DNA from: Polyangiaceae bacterium
GTDB lineage: Bacteria > Myxococcota_A > Polyangia > Polyangiales > Polyangiaceae
Length of the DNA: 64,000 bases
Assembly: GCA_044376115.1 (NCBI GenBank)
Contig: JBILLK010000016.1
Location: forward strand, 96,001-160,000
Direction: 5' to 3'
Shown here: positions 29,301 to 38,334 of the stretch, piece after piece
Layout of the letters: each line of letters begins with the position of its first letter
Position numbering within the stretch: position 1 is the stretch's first letter
The notes under the pieces: generated by a model
What the model was told of the DNA's origin: nothing
Seen by the model: the letters and a program-made list of their open reading frames with translations, nothing else
Database searches by the model: none
Translations under genes and position numbers: made by a program

Positions 29301-29936
29301 AGTGGCGTAGCGGATTTGCTCCGGCGCCATCCAGCCTGGGGTGCCAGCGCCGTAACGAACGGTCGGTTCTGCTTCGGTGGAGCCGTCGAGGCGGTGATCG
29401 ATGCGGTCTTGCATCAGCCAGGCGAGGCCGAGATCCAAGACGTACGCGCGACAATCCCCGCCGTCGGGCGGGATGTCGACGAGCACGTTGCTGGGCTTGA
29501 GATCCCCGTGAATGACTCCGCGAGAGTGCGCGTGGGAGAGCCCGCTCAAGATCTGATCGACCGCCGACCAAACGATCGGCCAGGGCAACAGCCCGTCGTG
29601 TTGCGCGAGGTAGATCCACTCATGGAGCGAACGTCCTGGCGCCGCATCCATCACCAAGAATGGCGTCCCGTCAGTGAGCGCGCCGAAGTCGCGAGCACGC
29701 ACGATCGCCGGGTGGCTCAGGCCTGCGAGCGCTCGAGCTTCTTCTTGAAACCACCACTGGTCCTCGGGCCGCGTGGCCTCGCCCGGTCGACCAAAGAGTT
29801 TGAGCGCAACTCGTTCGTCGAGAGCCAAGTCGCGGCAGAGATAGACCATGCCCATCCCGCCACGCCCGAGCTCGCGTCGAACCTGGTAGCGGCCTGCCAA
29901 GACCGTTCCAGGGGGGAAGCCGACGTCCTCAGTCAT
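26373..29936 (-). CDS. Ser/Thr kinase - AAA/STAND ATPase - TPR protein
   Basis: GRGGMG, HGDLKPSN, DLG, GTPGWMAPE; GEAGVGKS; LLWMDDIH; GNPLFALQ; TPR-like repeats. Confidence 0.9.
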   Translation of the reverse strand: MTEDVGFPPGTVLAGRYQVRRELGRGGMGMVYLCRDLALDERVALKLFGRPGEATRPEDQWWFQEEARALAGLSHPAIVRARDFGALTDGTPFLVMDAAPGRSLHEWIYLAQHDGLLPWPIVWSAVDQILSGLSHAHSRGVIHGDLKPSNVLVDIPPDGGDCRAYVLDLGLAWLMQDRIDHRLDGSTEAEPTVRYGAGTPGWMAPEQIRYATPHIGAATDLYALGCILFALLSNREPYTGTNEELLAQHRNAPVPEPGIPPGAPREVGAFTKRLMAKRPWHRFMMTADARRAWRAFKPSEAASATSTPVPTSGKPQKAMRSSRNLSILPESLQNELPPSPPAAGLLALRPSPFVAREDERQRLLTMTRNVATAFADRGKNKGARALALLTGEAGVGKSRIAEWLCEEVHELGLMIPLRARYRRIPAPLDGVVGAITQHYRLERAERDVVEKVLMNLWGVDLKDDDGTTWVAAAAEWLCPAAPGAKVGPSGKRFALDHPELRWLVMRRTLERIAFDRPILLWMDDIHLAPPGTYENIARLLLESDKLSVLVVATVRTEAVVAEPQNAERLDAMMAAVGGERLEVLPLDSDRTHSLLRETLPLDDAAAAEAAARSKGNPLFALQLLHAWAMGGHLEMRDGLYHVPKASLATRASTTADLWEERLGAVPEEFRRAALAAAALGGDIRRDVLRAEYELLGIDGMRAIAVLKRAQILSGSGTERLRWPHALLQEHLLTQLFSRPDAGQIFRAAADALGHHPSAQTRRIVRHRVVNLIRAGAVDSAAELLHSFIAANWGRSRETAATLRDLALLDGRLEGRNSAVQHLWRGEALRHAGRLEDARREGDAARQVFQELGDKRSEATCLRLLGHIASDQAAPALGRRLVSRGLAIFEELGDDHGAAQCEVTLGEIDFLMGDHARARQVITSACARFMRVGDRLGYAQSLVVQVFIEQAAGGAASTRPTILTARQEFESIGYRLGMAQSDLTMAHTDHREGLWQDAREVALSARQAFRDLANPRGEAGCERILTMIAIDSEQIDVADEHARAAAFLFDKLADPWGQVEVRLLLAQIGLCRGDAEAAREHLIACEAVALVESEPKQHRHLTKAWLAYHEGRFHEAGRELDAARAAFKDPIRTGDHTPMLLNRYAEMGWPKPAGTRVETWRASLSSIGAKTSRAAKELALRGGVTQSR

Positions 29937-30080
29937 GCGTTGCCCGAATATAGAGAACCCGAGACGCTAAGCCAGCCCCGCGTTCGCAAAGTTTGTGTTG
30001 GCGCCCCTTGGCCAAAAAATCAGCTTGAGTTTTGCTTCCCTGGTCCACCGCTGCGCAGAAACTTGGTAGCGTGAGAACCG

Positions 30081-30362
30081 ATGTCTCCCGAGCTGGAAAA
30101 AGCGAGTGCACTTCCGCGTCCGGTGACGCTGCTCGCGTTTGCCGCAGCTCAGGACCTGGTTGGACACGCGCAGGCTGAGTTTGCGCTCGAGCGCGAGGTT
30201 TCGGTCGCCGCGTTTTGGGAGCTGCTAGTGGCAGCCTACCCGGCGCTCTCGCCGCACCGTGGCGGGCTTCGGCTGGCGGTCAACGGCACCTACGCCTTCG
30301 ATCAGGACATGATCGGCTACGGGGATGAAGTGGCTCTGATCCCACCGGTATCTGGCGGCTAA
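30081..30362 (+). CDS. moaD: Molybdopterin synthase sulfur carrier subunit
   Basis: LAVN...GDEVALIPPVSGG with terminal GG. Confidence 0.93.
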   Translation: MSPELEKASALPRPVTLLAFAAAQDLVGHAQAEFALEREVSVAAFWELLVAAYPALSPHRGGLRLAVNGTYAFDQDMIGYGDEVALIPPVSGG

Positions 30363-30364
30363 CC

Positions 30365-31417
30365 ATGGCTCCTTCGCTGCATGTTGATGGTCCGTCGCGG
30401 CCAACGCCAAGGCGCTCGCTGCGGGTTTTGAATGTGGAAGCTCCTGTTGCGACGGAGCTTGTCACCCGCCCGGATCCCCGGAGCGTGCGCATTTCGGTAA
30501 CCGATCGTTGCGACATGGCCTGCACCTATTGCCGGCCGTCACGTAAAGACGGTTACGCCTCGTCACGGCTCTCGCTGCAGGAGTGGGAACGTGTCGTTGA
30601 CGGCTTGATCGAGGCGGGCGTGGAGCGCTTTCGCCTCACCGGTGGGGAGCCACTCCTATGGGGTGGCGTCGTGGATTTGGTGCGGATCATCTCCTCGCGA
30701 GGAGTGAAAGATCTCGCGCTCACCACCAACGCCAGCCGGCTCGCCAAGTTGGCCCAGCCGCTGCGTGACGCCGGTCTCATGCGGCTGAATGTGTCGCTTG
30801 ATTCGCTGCGCGAAGACCGCTTCCGTGCGCTGACCCGGGGTGGCGAGCTCGCTGAAGTGCTCGAGGGCTTGTTCGCTGCCAAGCGAGCCGGCTTTGCGCC
30901 TATCAAGTTAAACACGGTGGTGTTGCGCGGTACCAACGATGACGAGCTGCGCGAGCTCACCGAGTTCGCGTGGCAGCACGGTTTTGTGCCGCGGTTTCTC
31001 GAGGTGATGAAAATCGCGGAGGGTGCAGCGTTGCTCGCGTCCGCCCCCGATACGCTGGTTTCGGCTCGTGAGATTCGTGATCGATTGGCGGAGCTGCTGG
31101 TGGAGGGCCCGGCCTCACGTGAAGCGGAACGCGGTCCTGCCAAGTACGTTGCCGCTCGCACGGGCGGGCACGTTGTTGGCTTCATCTCCGGTACCAGCGA
31201 CACGTATTGCGGCGATTGTGATCGACTGCGCGTTTCTTCCGAGGGCGTGCTGCGTCCTTGTTTGGCGACCGAGGACGGCGTTGCAACGCGCGGAAGCACG
31301 GATCCGGTTGCGTCGTTGGTGCGTGAAGCATGGCGGTCGAAGCCAGATGGTAAGACGTTCAAAGGCTGCACCGAGCCGTCGGCTGCCGCCATCAGTATGC
31401 GTGCTATCGGAGGTTGA
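30365..31417 (+). CDS. moaA: GTP 3',8-cyclase (radical SAM)
   Basis: RISVTDRCDMACTYC, RLTGGEP, CGDCDRLR...C, terminal MRAIGG. Confidence 0.95.
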   Translation: MAPSLHVDGPSRPTPRRSLRVLNVEAPVATELVTRPDPRSVRISVTDRCDMACTYCRPSRKDGYASSRLSLQEWERVVDGLIEAGVERFRLTGGEPLLWGGVVDLVRIISSRGVKDLALTTNASRLAKLAQPLRDAGLMRLNVSLDSLREDRFRALTRGGELAEVLEGLFAAKRAGFAPIKLNTVVLRGTNDDELRELTEFAWQHGFVPRFLEVMKIAEGAALLASAPDTLVSAREIRDRLAELLVEGPASREAERGPAKYVAARTGGHVVGFISGTSDTYCGDCDRLRVSSEGVLRPCLATEDGVATRGSTDPVASLVREAWRSKPDGKTFKGCTEPSAAAISMRAIGG

Positions 31418-31423
31418 CGATTC

Positions 31424-32764
31424 GTGAAGGAAGCCGTTTACCCGTTCGAGGACACCGGCGAGAACTTGTCGCTGTTGCCGTTGGCGGCTCGTCGAGCCCT
31501 TGATGTCGCTGGCTTTCGGCTTTCGCTCGAGGGCTACCAGAGCCTCAGCTTGGAGGATCGTCTCGAGCTGACGATCGCTGGTACGCGTGACAAGGTCGAC
31601 GTGAAGCTGGTCGAGCAGCTCGTGCGGCTGAGCCTTTCGCCAGCGACCCGCATCAAACCCACCGCCGATCCCGACCCCGATACACCACCGGAACAGCTGA
31701 GCGCTGAAAGCATCCGCGGTCGCCTGCTCGACCCGTTCGATTGGCGCCGTTTGCGCGCAGTTGATCGTTATGCGCTGGTGCACATCATGAGGCGCTCGAT
31801 CGCCCGTGAAGATCCTGAACGGCTCGAGGTTGCGCTGGCCACCATCCTCGGTGAATCACGGCCGCCCAAGCCGGCGAGTTTGGCCCCGCAAGCGAAGGCG
31901 CAGGCGAAGCCGGTTTCGAGCCGTCCTCCGGCCCCCGTTCGTGCGAGTGAGAAGCCCGGGGTTTCGGCGCCGCCCGCAAAGAGCGTAGAGACCTCGGCGC
32001 GGTCATTGCGCCGCAGTGCGATCCCCGAAATGCCGGCGGTGCGTGAGGAGAGCGAGCGCCCGATACCGCTGCGAGAGCGCAAACGCGTTTCGTCCGTGCC
32101 ACCTCCTGCGGTGCTGCGCGTTCCCGAGCGGCGCGATGCGGTTTCCTCGCGACCGCCTCCTCCGGGGCATGCCTCAGAGGGCCCGTATCGCCAGCTCGAA
32201 GGAGGCCTCAACAAGGCTCGTCGCGCCTTACCCAACTTGCTCGACTCGGGCGAGTTCGCCGAACCGGCAGCCGCAGATTCGCTTGGCGAGGTGAGCAACC
32301 ACCTCAATGAGCGCGGTGAAGTGCACATGGTGGACGTCGGCGCAAAGTCGAAGACGGCACGGCGCGCCTCGGCCAAGGGCTCGGTGCAGCTTCAGCTGGA
32401 AACGGCCCAGCGGCTCTTACGCAACGACGTACCCAAAGGCGAGGTGCTGGCGACGGCTCGCTTGGCGGGCATCATGGCCGCGAAGCGCACTCCCGAGCTG
32501 ATTCCACTTTGTCACCACGTCGCACTCACCAGCGTCGACGTGCTGATCGATGTCGAGCGCTCGACGGGAATCGTGACCGTCACAGCCGTGACCGAAGCAA
32601 CCGATCGCACTGGCGTCGAGATGGAAGCGCTCACCGCAGTCAGCGTGGCCTGCTTGACGATCTACGACATGCTCAAGGGGATCGACCGCGAGATGGTGAT
32701 CTCCGACATCAAGCTGCTCACCAAAGGTGGCGGTCGAGGCGGCCCGTATGTCCGCAAAGAGTGA
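31424..32764 (+). CDS. moaC: Fusion: nitrate-reductase-associated (NarM-like) domain + Pro-rich linker + cPMP synthase MoaC
   Basis: C-terminal [44 protein letters not shown]; about 290 extra N-terminal residues. Confidence 0.9.
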   Translation: MKEAVYPFEDTGENLSLLPLAARRALDVAGFRLSLEGYQSLSLEDRLELTIAGTRDKVDVKLVEQLVRLSLSPATRIKPTADPDPDTPPEQLSAESIRGRLLDPFDWRRLRAVDRYALVHIMRRSIAREDPERLEVALATILGESRPPKPASLAPQAKAQAKPVSSRPPAPVRASEKPGVSAPPAKSVETSARSLRRSAIPEMPAVREESERPIPLRERKRVSSVPPPAVLRVPERRDAVSSRPPPPGHASEGPYRQLEGGLNKARRALPNLLDSGEFAEPAAADSLGEVSNHLNERGEVHMVDVGAKSKTARRASAKGSVQLQLETAQRLLRNDVPKGEVLATARLAGIMAAKRTPELIPLCHHVALTSVDVLIDVERSTGIVTVTAVTEATDRTGVEMEALTAVSVACLTIYDMLKGIDREMVISDIKLLTKGGGRGGPYVRKE

Positions 32765-33230
32765 CGTCGAACCGCGCATCCGTGAGCAGCCTTTGTCGGT
32801 CGACGAGGCGATCGCGTTCGTGAGTCACCCTGCGGCTGGGGCTGTCGCTACCTTCCTCGGCTTGGTGCGCGATCACAATGATGGGCGCCCGGTATCGTTG
32901 CTTGAGTACCACGCCTATCAGAGCATGGCGGAGAAGGAGCTGCGGGCGATCGAAGCCGAGCTTACGAGCGAGCTTCCTGGTGTTCGATTGTTCTCAGCGC
33001 ACCGCATCGGTCCGCTTGCGATTGGAGACCTGGCCGTGGTGTGCGCAGCCAGCTCGGTGCATCGCGGTGAGGCCTTTCGCGCGGTGCGTCTGCTGATTGA
33101 CCGGATCAAAGAGCGCCTACCGATCTGGAAGCGAGAGCACGGCCCCGACGGCCCGTATTGGGTCGGCTGGCAGGACGCACGTTGTGTGGGTGAGCACGGT
33201 GATGAGCACGCGGGCCATCACCATGGCTGA
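32748..33230 (+). CDS. moaE: Molybdopterin synthase catalytic subunit
   Basis: GAVATFLGLVRDHN, LEY.AY..MA, HRIG.L..G, HR.EAF, PIWKRE; His-rich tail. Confidence 0.95.
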   Translation: MSAKSDVEPRIREQPLSVDEAIAFVSHPAAGAVATFLGLVRDHNDGRPVSLLEYHAYQSMAEKELRAIEAELTSELPGVRLFSAHRIGPLAIGDLAVVCAASSVHRGEAFRAVRLLIDRIKERLPIWKREHGPDGPYWVGWQDARCVGEHGDEHAGHHHG

Positions 33231-33231
33231 C

Positions 33232-34434
33232 TCACCACAGCTTCATTACCGGTAGCTCATCGCCGTCCCGAACGAGCTCCACCTCGGCGTCGAGGCGCAC
33301 CAACGCTTCTGCTTGCGCAAACGAGGTCACGGCGCCCGAGGCCTGGTTGGGCAAGAGCGTCGCCTGTAAGCCTTTGTCCGCGCTGATGAGGCGTGCCCGT
33401 GCAAACTCGGTTCTACCGGGCTTCCGCCGCAATGCGCCGCCGGGCACCTGCACCGCGGTCCTTACGAAGCTCGGCTTGCTGGTGGTATCCCCGAGCATCG
33501 TGCGGATCAGCGGCAAACCAAAAAGCAGGAACGTCAGACTCGAGCTCGCTGGGTTTCCTGGTAGGCCAAGCACACGCGTCTTTCCGCGCCGACCGAAGGT
33601 GATCGGCTTGCCCGGCTTCATCGCCACTTTGTAGAAGCTGATGACGACGCCCGCCCGCTCCAGCGCGGGCCGCACGAGATCGCGATCCCCCACGCTGACG
33701 CCGCCAATGGTCACGAGCAAGTCGGTGCCGTCGAGGGCGCTTTCGATGGCTTCGTCGAGGGCCCCATCGCTGTCGCGTACGAAGCGATGGAGCCGTGCGC
33801 TCGCTCCCGCCCGTTCTGCCGCTGCCTTGACGAAGAACCCGTTCGACTCGACCACCGACCCGAGCGCGCCCGGTTCCCCCGGTGAACGGAGCTCGTCACC
33901 GGTTCCAAGCACGCTCACCAGCGGCCTGCGCGCGACAACCAGCGTCGCGCGGTCGAGGCATGCGGCCAGCGCTACTCGGCCCGGATGTAGCTCCTCCCCC
34001 GCACGCAACGCGAGCGCTCCCGCCGCCATGTCTTCGCCCGTCTTGCGAATGTTGGCGCCGACGGAAGGTGCCACGTCAAACTCGATCGTCGCGGGTTCGG
34101 CACGAACCTCCTCCTGCATGATCACGGTGTCTGCGCCGTTCGGAATCACCGCTCCCGTGTAGATTCTGCAAGCGCTCTTGGGCGCTAGCTCGCTGAGCGG
34201 CTCCCCGGCGCTGCTCGTGCCGACGAGTGAGAGCCGATGCGGCGCAGGACCCAGATCAGCGTGGCGAAACGCGTAGCCGTCCATCGCTGAATAGTCGAAG
34301 CCCGGGAGCGGCGCTCGTGCGTGAATGTCCTCACGCAAGATCCGGCCGGCTGCTTCAAAGACACTGACGCGCTCGGCGGCGACCGGGTCTGTCGCTGCCA
34401 ACACCGTTTGTAGCGCCTCATCAAAGCTGAGCAT
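33232..34434 (-). CDS. moeA: Molybdopterin molybdotransferase
   Basis: SAMDGYA, RIYTGA..P.GADTV, TGDEL, GGVSVGD.D, MKPGKP, LPGNP; ATG at 34434 overlaps the upstream stop. Confidence 0.95.
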   Translation of the reverse strand: MLSFDEALQTVLAATDPVAAERVSVFEAAGRILREDIHARAPLPGFDYSAMDGYAFRHADLGPAPHRLSLVGTSSAGEPLSELAPKSACRIYTGAVIPNGADTVIMQEEVRAEPATIEFDVAPSVGANIRKTGEDMAAGALALRAGEELHPGRVALAACLDRATLVVARRPLVSVLGTGDELRSPGEPGALGSVVESNGFFVKAAAERAGASARLHRFVRDSDGALDEAIESALDGTDLLVTIGGVSVGDRDLVRPALERAGVVISFYKVAMKPGKPITFGRRGKTRVLGLPGNPASSSLTFLLFGLPLIRTMLGDTTSKPSFVRTAVQVPGGALRRKPGRTEFARARLISADKGLQATLLPNQASGAVTSFAQAEALVRLDAEVELVRDGDELPVMKLW

Positions 34435-34907
34435 CAGTGCCCTCCGCCTTGCGCGATCTTCACCGCATGCTCGAGCACCGGCGCGATCAGCTTGCGCACC
34501 GCAAGTGGAATGGCCTTCGGACTGCCGGGCAGCGCAAACACGCAGGTCGTGCCGATGAGCCCTGCGGTCGCGTTGGAGAGCATCGCCCGCGCGCCAACAT
34601 CGGCCTCGGAGAGCCTGCGGAAGGCTTCGCCAAAGCCATCCATTCGCTTGTCGAAGAGCGGATCCAGCGCCGCGATCGTTACATCGCGCGGGCCGAGCCC
34701 CGTCCCACCCGTCGTGATGATCGCATCGCACGTCGGCGCAGCGGCCCTAACCGACTCACGAATCACCAGTAGCTCCTCCTCCACGATGCTGTGGCGCTCC
34801 GGCGCAAAGCCAGCGCCGGTTAACTCCTCGAGCAACGTCTTCCCGCCGAGGTCGGTCTCCGGGGTTCGGGTGTCACTGAAAGTGAAGGTGACGAGGCGAA
34901 GCTTCAT
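34434..34907 (-). CDS. MogA/MoaB family molybdopterin adenylyltransferase
   Basis: T.SD, ITTGGTGLGPRDVT, GFGE.FR, FALPGSP.A. Confidence 0.92.
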   Translation of the reverse strand: MKLRLVTFTFSDTRTPETDLGGKTLLEELTGAGFAPERHSIVEEELLVIRESVRAAAPTCDAIITTGGTGLGPRDVTIAALDPLFDKRMDGFGEAFRRLSEADVGARAMLSNATAGLIGTTCVFALPGSPKAIPLAVRKLIAPVLEHAVKIAQGGGH

Positions 34908-35803
34908 GAGGGTCCCGCGCACAAGATGGTCTCGATGGTCGGCATCGTCAGCGCTTCCTCGATCCGTGCGCGATCGAAGTCGAAATGCCGCAGACGAATG
35001 GTTCCTTGCGGACTGAGGATGCGAAGTCGCACGTCGCCTGGGGCTCTCGGAATGCGCTCGCGTTCAAACAAGGTTGGGGAGACGCAGCCGCCCTCGAAGG
35101 GAGTGACGATCGTGATGTCGTGCGCACCGCGAGCGATCAACTCGCCGAGCAGCGTGTTGTCGGTGGCACCACCGTCGATATGCACCTCGCCGTCGAGCAC
35201 CGGGAGTTTGCCGTAAAGGCCGGGAATCGAGCAGCTTGCGACGATCACGTCGTGCATGTCTTGGCGCTCTCGATTCGAGTGAATCACGCGCGCGGCAGAC
35301 GCCAAACCAAGCTCGTGAACTGGGCTCGGCAGCGAATAGTACGGTTGCTCTGGGGTTGGTTCGGGTGCTCCAGCCACCTTCCGCTGGCCAAGCCGAGCGC
35401 GCGCCGACTCCAGCGCCGAGCGAAGGAAGTGCGACGCTCGCGTGGTTGAAACCAAGAGCTCGACTTCGCTCTGGGCGATGCGCTCTTCGGGGACGAAGCG
35501 CGTGAGCGCGGTGCGCACGATGCTGCCCATACCGAAGGGGCTCCCATCGGTGCGCAGATAGCGGCGCGACACGATCGGCGTCTTGGCCAAGGAACGAAAC
35601 ATGTCGGGCCCATCGGCGGCCAGCCCGGCTACCAGCACTGCGCCCGAGATGGAGCCGCTGGAGGCACCGGCTACGAGGTCGAAGCGCTCGCCAGCCGCCC
35701 ATAGCGCTGAAACGACGCCGATCTGAAAGGCGCCCCGACAACCGGAGCCCGGGAGACAGAGGGCTCGCGGCGCACCGTTGGTTCCCCTTCCTTTGGATGA
35801 CAT
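34904..35803 (-). CDS. Patatin-like phospholipase
   Basis: GSGCRGAFQ.G, GASSG, ASCSIP, DGG; ATGA overlap with the mogA/moaB gene. Confidence 0.88.
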   Translation of the reverse strand: MSSKGRGTNGAPRALCLPGSGCRGAFQIGVVSALWAAGERFDLVAGASSGSISGAVLVAGLAADGPDMFRSLAKTPIVSRRYLRTDGSPFGMGSIVRTALTRFVPEERIAQSEVELLVSTTRASHFLRSALESARARLGQRKVAGAPEPTPEQPYYSLPSPVHELGLASAARVIHSNRERQDMHDVIVASCSIPGLYGKLPVLDGEVHIDGGATDNTLLGELIARGAHDITIVTPFEGGCVSPTLFERERIPRAPGDVRLRILSPQGTIRLRHFDFDRARIEEALTMPTIETILCAGPS

Positions 35804-35848
35804 CGATTCCTGCTTTGCGTTCTACAGGGCGGACAGTAGAGTCGCCGC

Positions 35849-37033
35849 GTGTCCGGCCCGAGCATCCCGTATATCAAACTCCAAGAAATCCCGCTCAATC
35901 TTGGCCTGCCGAGTCCGCTCGACAGCATCAAGCCCTTCGGGATCCTCGTCGCGACCGGTGTGTACATCGGGTCGGTCCTGGCCATGCGGCGCGCGCGCCA
36001 ACGCGGCCTGGACCAGGAGAAGATGAGCAACTTCATCCTGTACGTCGTCGGTATCGGCTTCATCGGTGCGCACGTCTTCGACGCGATCTTCTACACACCC
36101 GAAAAGCTGCTCCAAGACCCGCTCTACATCTTCAAGTTGTGGATGGGACTATCGAGCTACGGCGGCTTCCTCGGGTCGATCATCGGCGTCTTCGTTTACA
36201 AGTGGGTGAAGCGTGATCGAGACGTGTTCGCCTATGTGGACACCATCTGCTCGGCCTTCCCAGTTTCGTGGGTGTTCGGGCGCGCCGGCTGTGCCTCGGT
36301 CCACGATCATCCCGGGCGAGAGACGAGCTCCTGGCTCGGCATGCAGTACTACCACCCGGAGGTGACGCAGAAGGGCACCTGGGGCTTGCTCTACGATCCA
36401 GCTCAAACGGTGGGTCGCTTTGACCTCGGCTTCATCGAGATGGTGCTGACCATCCCGCTCGCGACGGCCTTCGTCATCTTGTGGCAGCGCAAGCCTCGCA
36501 ATTACGGTTTCTACGCTGGGTGGCAGTGCGTGCTCTACGCCCCCATTCGCTTCGTGCTCGACTTCTACCGTATCGAGGAAGGCGGCCCGATGGATGCCGA
36601 TCCGCGGTTCCTCGGCCTAACCCCCGCTCAGTTCGCCTGCTTTGGCCTCGCGGCGATCGGTTTCTACGTCCTGTCACTGTCGAAGAAGTATCCGGCGCCT
36701 GCTTCTTGGGCCGCCCAAGCTCAAGAGATCGAGGAGGAGGAGGCCGCACTGCTGGAGGCGGAGCGGCTCGAGCGCAAGGCAATCGAAGCCAAGCGAAAGA
36801 AGCGCAAGGGGGCAAAGCCCGCCGCCTCGAGCACGCCCGCCAAGAAGGCAAAGCCCGCTGACGACTCAAAGTCCGAGGAGCTCGACTCGAAGGATGAAGC
36901 CCTAGCTAATTCGGAGCCAACGCAGGAAGAGTCCGAAGAGGAAGCTCCGGAATCCGACTCCAGTGCCGAAAGCAAAGAAAGTCCCGCGGCGGAGAAGCCC
37001 AACAAGGCCAAGCCCGCCAGCGAGGAAGAGTGA
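35849..37033 (+). CDS. lgt: Prolipoprotein diacylglyceryl transferase with long charged C-terminal tail
   Basis: GLSSYGGFLG, FGRAGC...DHPG, Y...RF..DF.R, T.AQ. The His motifs of E. coli Lgt are substituted here (SYGG, FDLGFIE). Confidence 0.85.
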   Translation: MSGPSIPYIKLQEIPLNLGLPSPLDSIKPFGILVATGVYIGSVLAMRRARQRGLDQEKMSNFILYVVGIGFIGAHVFDAIFYTPEKLLQDPLYIFKLWMGLSSYGGFLGSIIGVFVYKWVKRDRDVFAYVDTICSAFPVSWVFGRAGCASVHDHPGRETSSWLGMQYYHPEVTQKGTWGLLYDPAQTVGRFDLGFIEMVLTIPLATAFVILWQRKPRNYGFYAGWQCVLYAPIRFVLDFYRIEEGGPMDADPRFLGLTPAQFACFGLAAIGFYVLSLSKKYPAPASWAAQAQEIEEEEAALLEAERLERKAIEAKRKKRKGAKPAASSTPAKKAKPADDSKSEELDSKDEALANSEPTQEESEEEAPESDSSAESKESPAAEKPNKAKPASEEE

Positions 37034-37085
37034 GGTCACTCGTTCGCGGACAGTCGCAGTCAATGGGTCGAGGCCCTGTTGCGGC

Positions 37086-37113
37086 TTGACGCGGGGAATA
37101 CATTCGATAGCTT
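37086..37113 (+). promoter_or_regulatory. Possible sigma70-type promoter of the RRM gene
   Basis: TTGACG-N16-TAGCTT about 180 nt upstream of the ATG. Confidence 0.4.
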
Positions 37114-37294
37114 TGTTTGCTCGACGGCCATGCGTCCTACTCTGAGCTCATTGCACGTCACGCAAGCCATGGTTCCTTGGCTCGTTGTGCGTCGTCTTGT
37201 CTCTTCGGACCGAGTCGGACGTGTGTCACCGCCGCGCGCGCATAGCCGCGCTTCATTATTGTGTCGTTCGTTTGCAAAAACAGGTTGATGGTCG

Positions 37295-38218
37295 ATGGCT
37301 GAGGATTCCCGAAAGTTGTTTGTTGCTGGTTTACCCGATTCGATTACCGAAGACGTGCTCAGGCAGCTCTTCGAAGCTACGGGCGGTGCAGTCGCTGAAG
37401 TGACGCTGCCGCGGGACCGTACAACGGGGAGACCACGCGGGTTCGGGTTCGTGACAATGTCAACGACGGACGAGGCCAACGCGGCTCGTGAGTCGTTGCA
37501 CGGTAGTTTCCAGGGCGGTCGAAGCATCTCTGTTCGTCCGTTCGAGTCGGCTCCGCCCAAGCGTGAGCCGGGCGACATGCGTCCGGGCGCACCGCCGTCT
37601 GCTGGTCCGCGCTCGGCGCCGGCCTCGCAGGTGGAGTCGCCGGACCGTAAGATCTACATCGGCAACCTCCCTTACGACGCTACACCCGAGGAGGTGGAGG
37701 CCGTCGTCAACGCAACGGGCGGTGGGCCGGTCGTGCGCGTGATCATGCCTTCGGATCCGGATGGTCGCAAACGCGGTTTTGCGTTCGCCTACATGGCGAG
37801 TCAAGACGCCGCACGCGGCGCAATCGATCTGCTCAAGGGCGCTGAGGTTCGCGGGCGCCGGTTGGTGGTCAACCACGCCCATGACCGCCCTGCGCGCGAC
37901 GAACGCGGTGGCGGTGGCGGCGGTTATCAGGGTGGCGGCTACCAAGGTGGTGGCGGTGGCTTCGGCCCTCCCTCCGGTCCGCGCAGTGACCACAGCCCGA
38001 ATTCGGGCCGTGATTTTGGACCTCCGGCCTTTGCAGGCGGTGGCGGCGGTGGGCCGCCCAGTGGCGGGCGCGCTGGTGGGCCTCCGCAAGGTCGCAAGAC
38101 GTTCGACGAACGTCGGCGCAAGACTCACGAGGACGGCGGCGGTGCACGCGGTGGCGCTGGCGGTGGTCGCAAGAACAAGAACGATTGGGACACCCGCGGG
38201 GACGACTGGGACGAATGA
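37295..38218 (+). CDS. RNA-binding protein with two RRM domains and Gly-rich tail
   Basis: RNP2/RNP1 twice: LFVAGL...RGFGFVTM and IYIGNL...RGFAFAYM; GGYQGG/RGG tail. Confidence 0.93.
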   Translation: MAEDSRKLFVAGLPDSITEDVLRQLFEATGGAVAEVTLPRDRTTGRPRGFGFVTMSTTDEANAARESLHGSFQGGRSISVRPFESAPPKREPGDMRPGAPPSAGPRSAPASQVESPDRKIYIGNLPYDATPEEVEAVVNATGGGPVVRVIMPSDPDGRKRGFAFAYMASQDAARGAIDLLKGAEVRGRRLVVNHAHDRPARDERGGGGGGYQGGGYQGGGGGFGPPSGPRSDHSPNSGRDFGPPAFAGGGGGGPPSGGRAGGPPQGRKTFDERRRKTHEDGGGARGGAGGGRKNKNDWDTRGDDWDE

Positions 38219-38279
38219 GCTGATCCACCCGTCTCCTGAACTGAAACAGCAGGATGGCCGGCCATTCGTTCAAACTCTA

Positions 38280-38308
38280 TTGACGGGAGACCATATTGCA
38301 CTATGGTC
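38280..38308 (+). promoter_or_regulatory. Possible rpmG promoter overlapped by an inverted repeat
   Basis: TTGACG-N16-TATGGT; GACCATA-N6-TATGGTC at 38289-38308. Confidence 0.45.
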
Positions 38309-38334
38309 CCCACCCTTTCTGAGAGGAAACGCCC

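Noticed and set aside
29937..30080. Moco riboswitch upstream of moaD
   Set aside because: Short divergent promoter region with no recognisable Moco RNA motif by eye; a cmscan would settle it.
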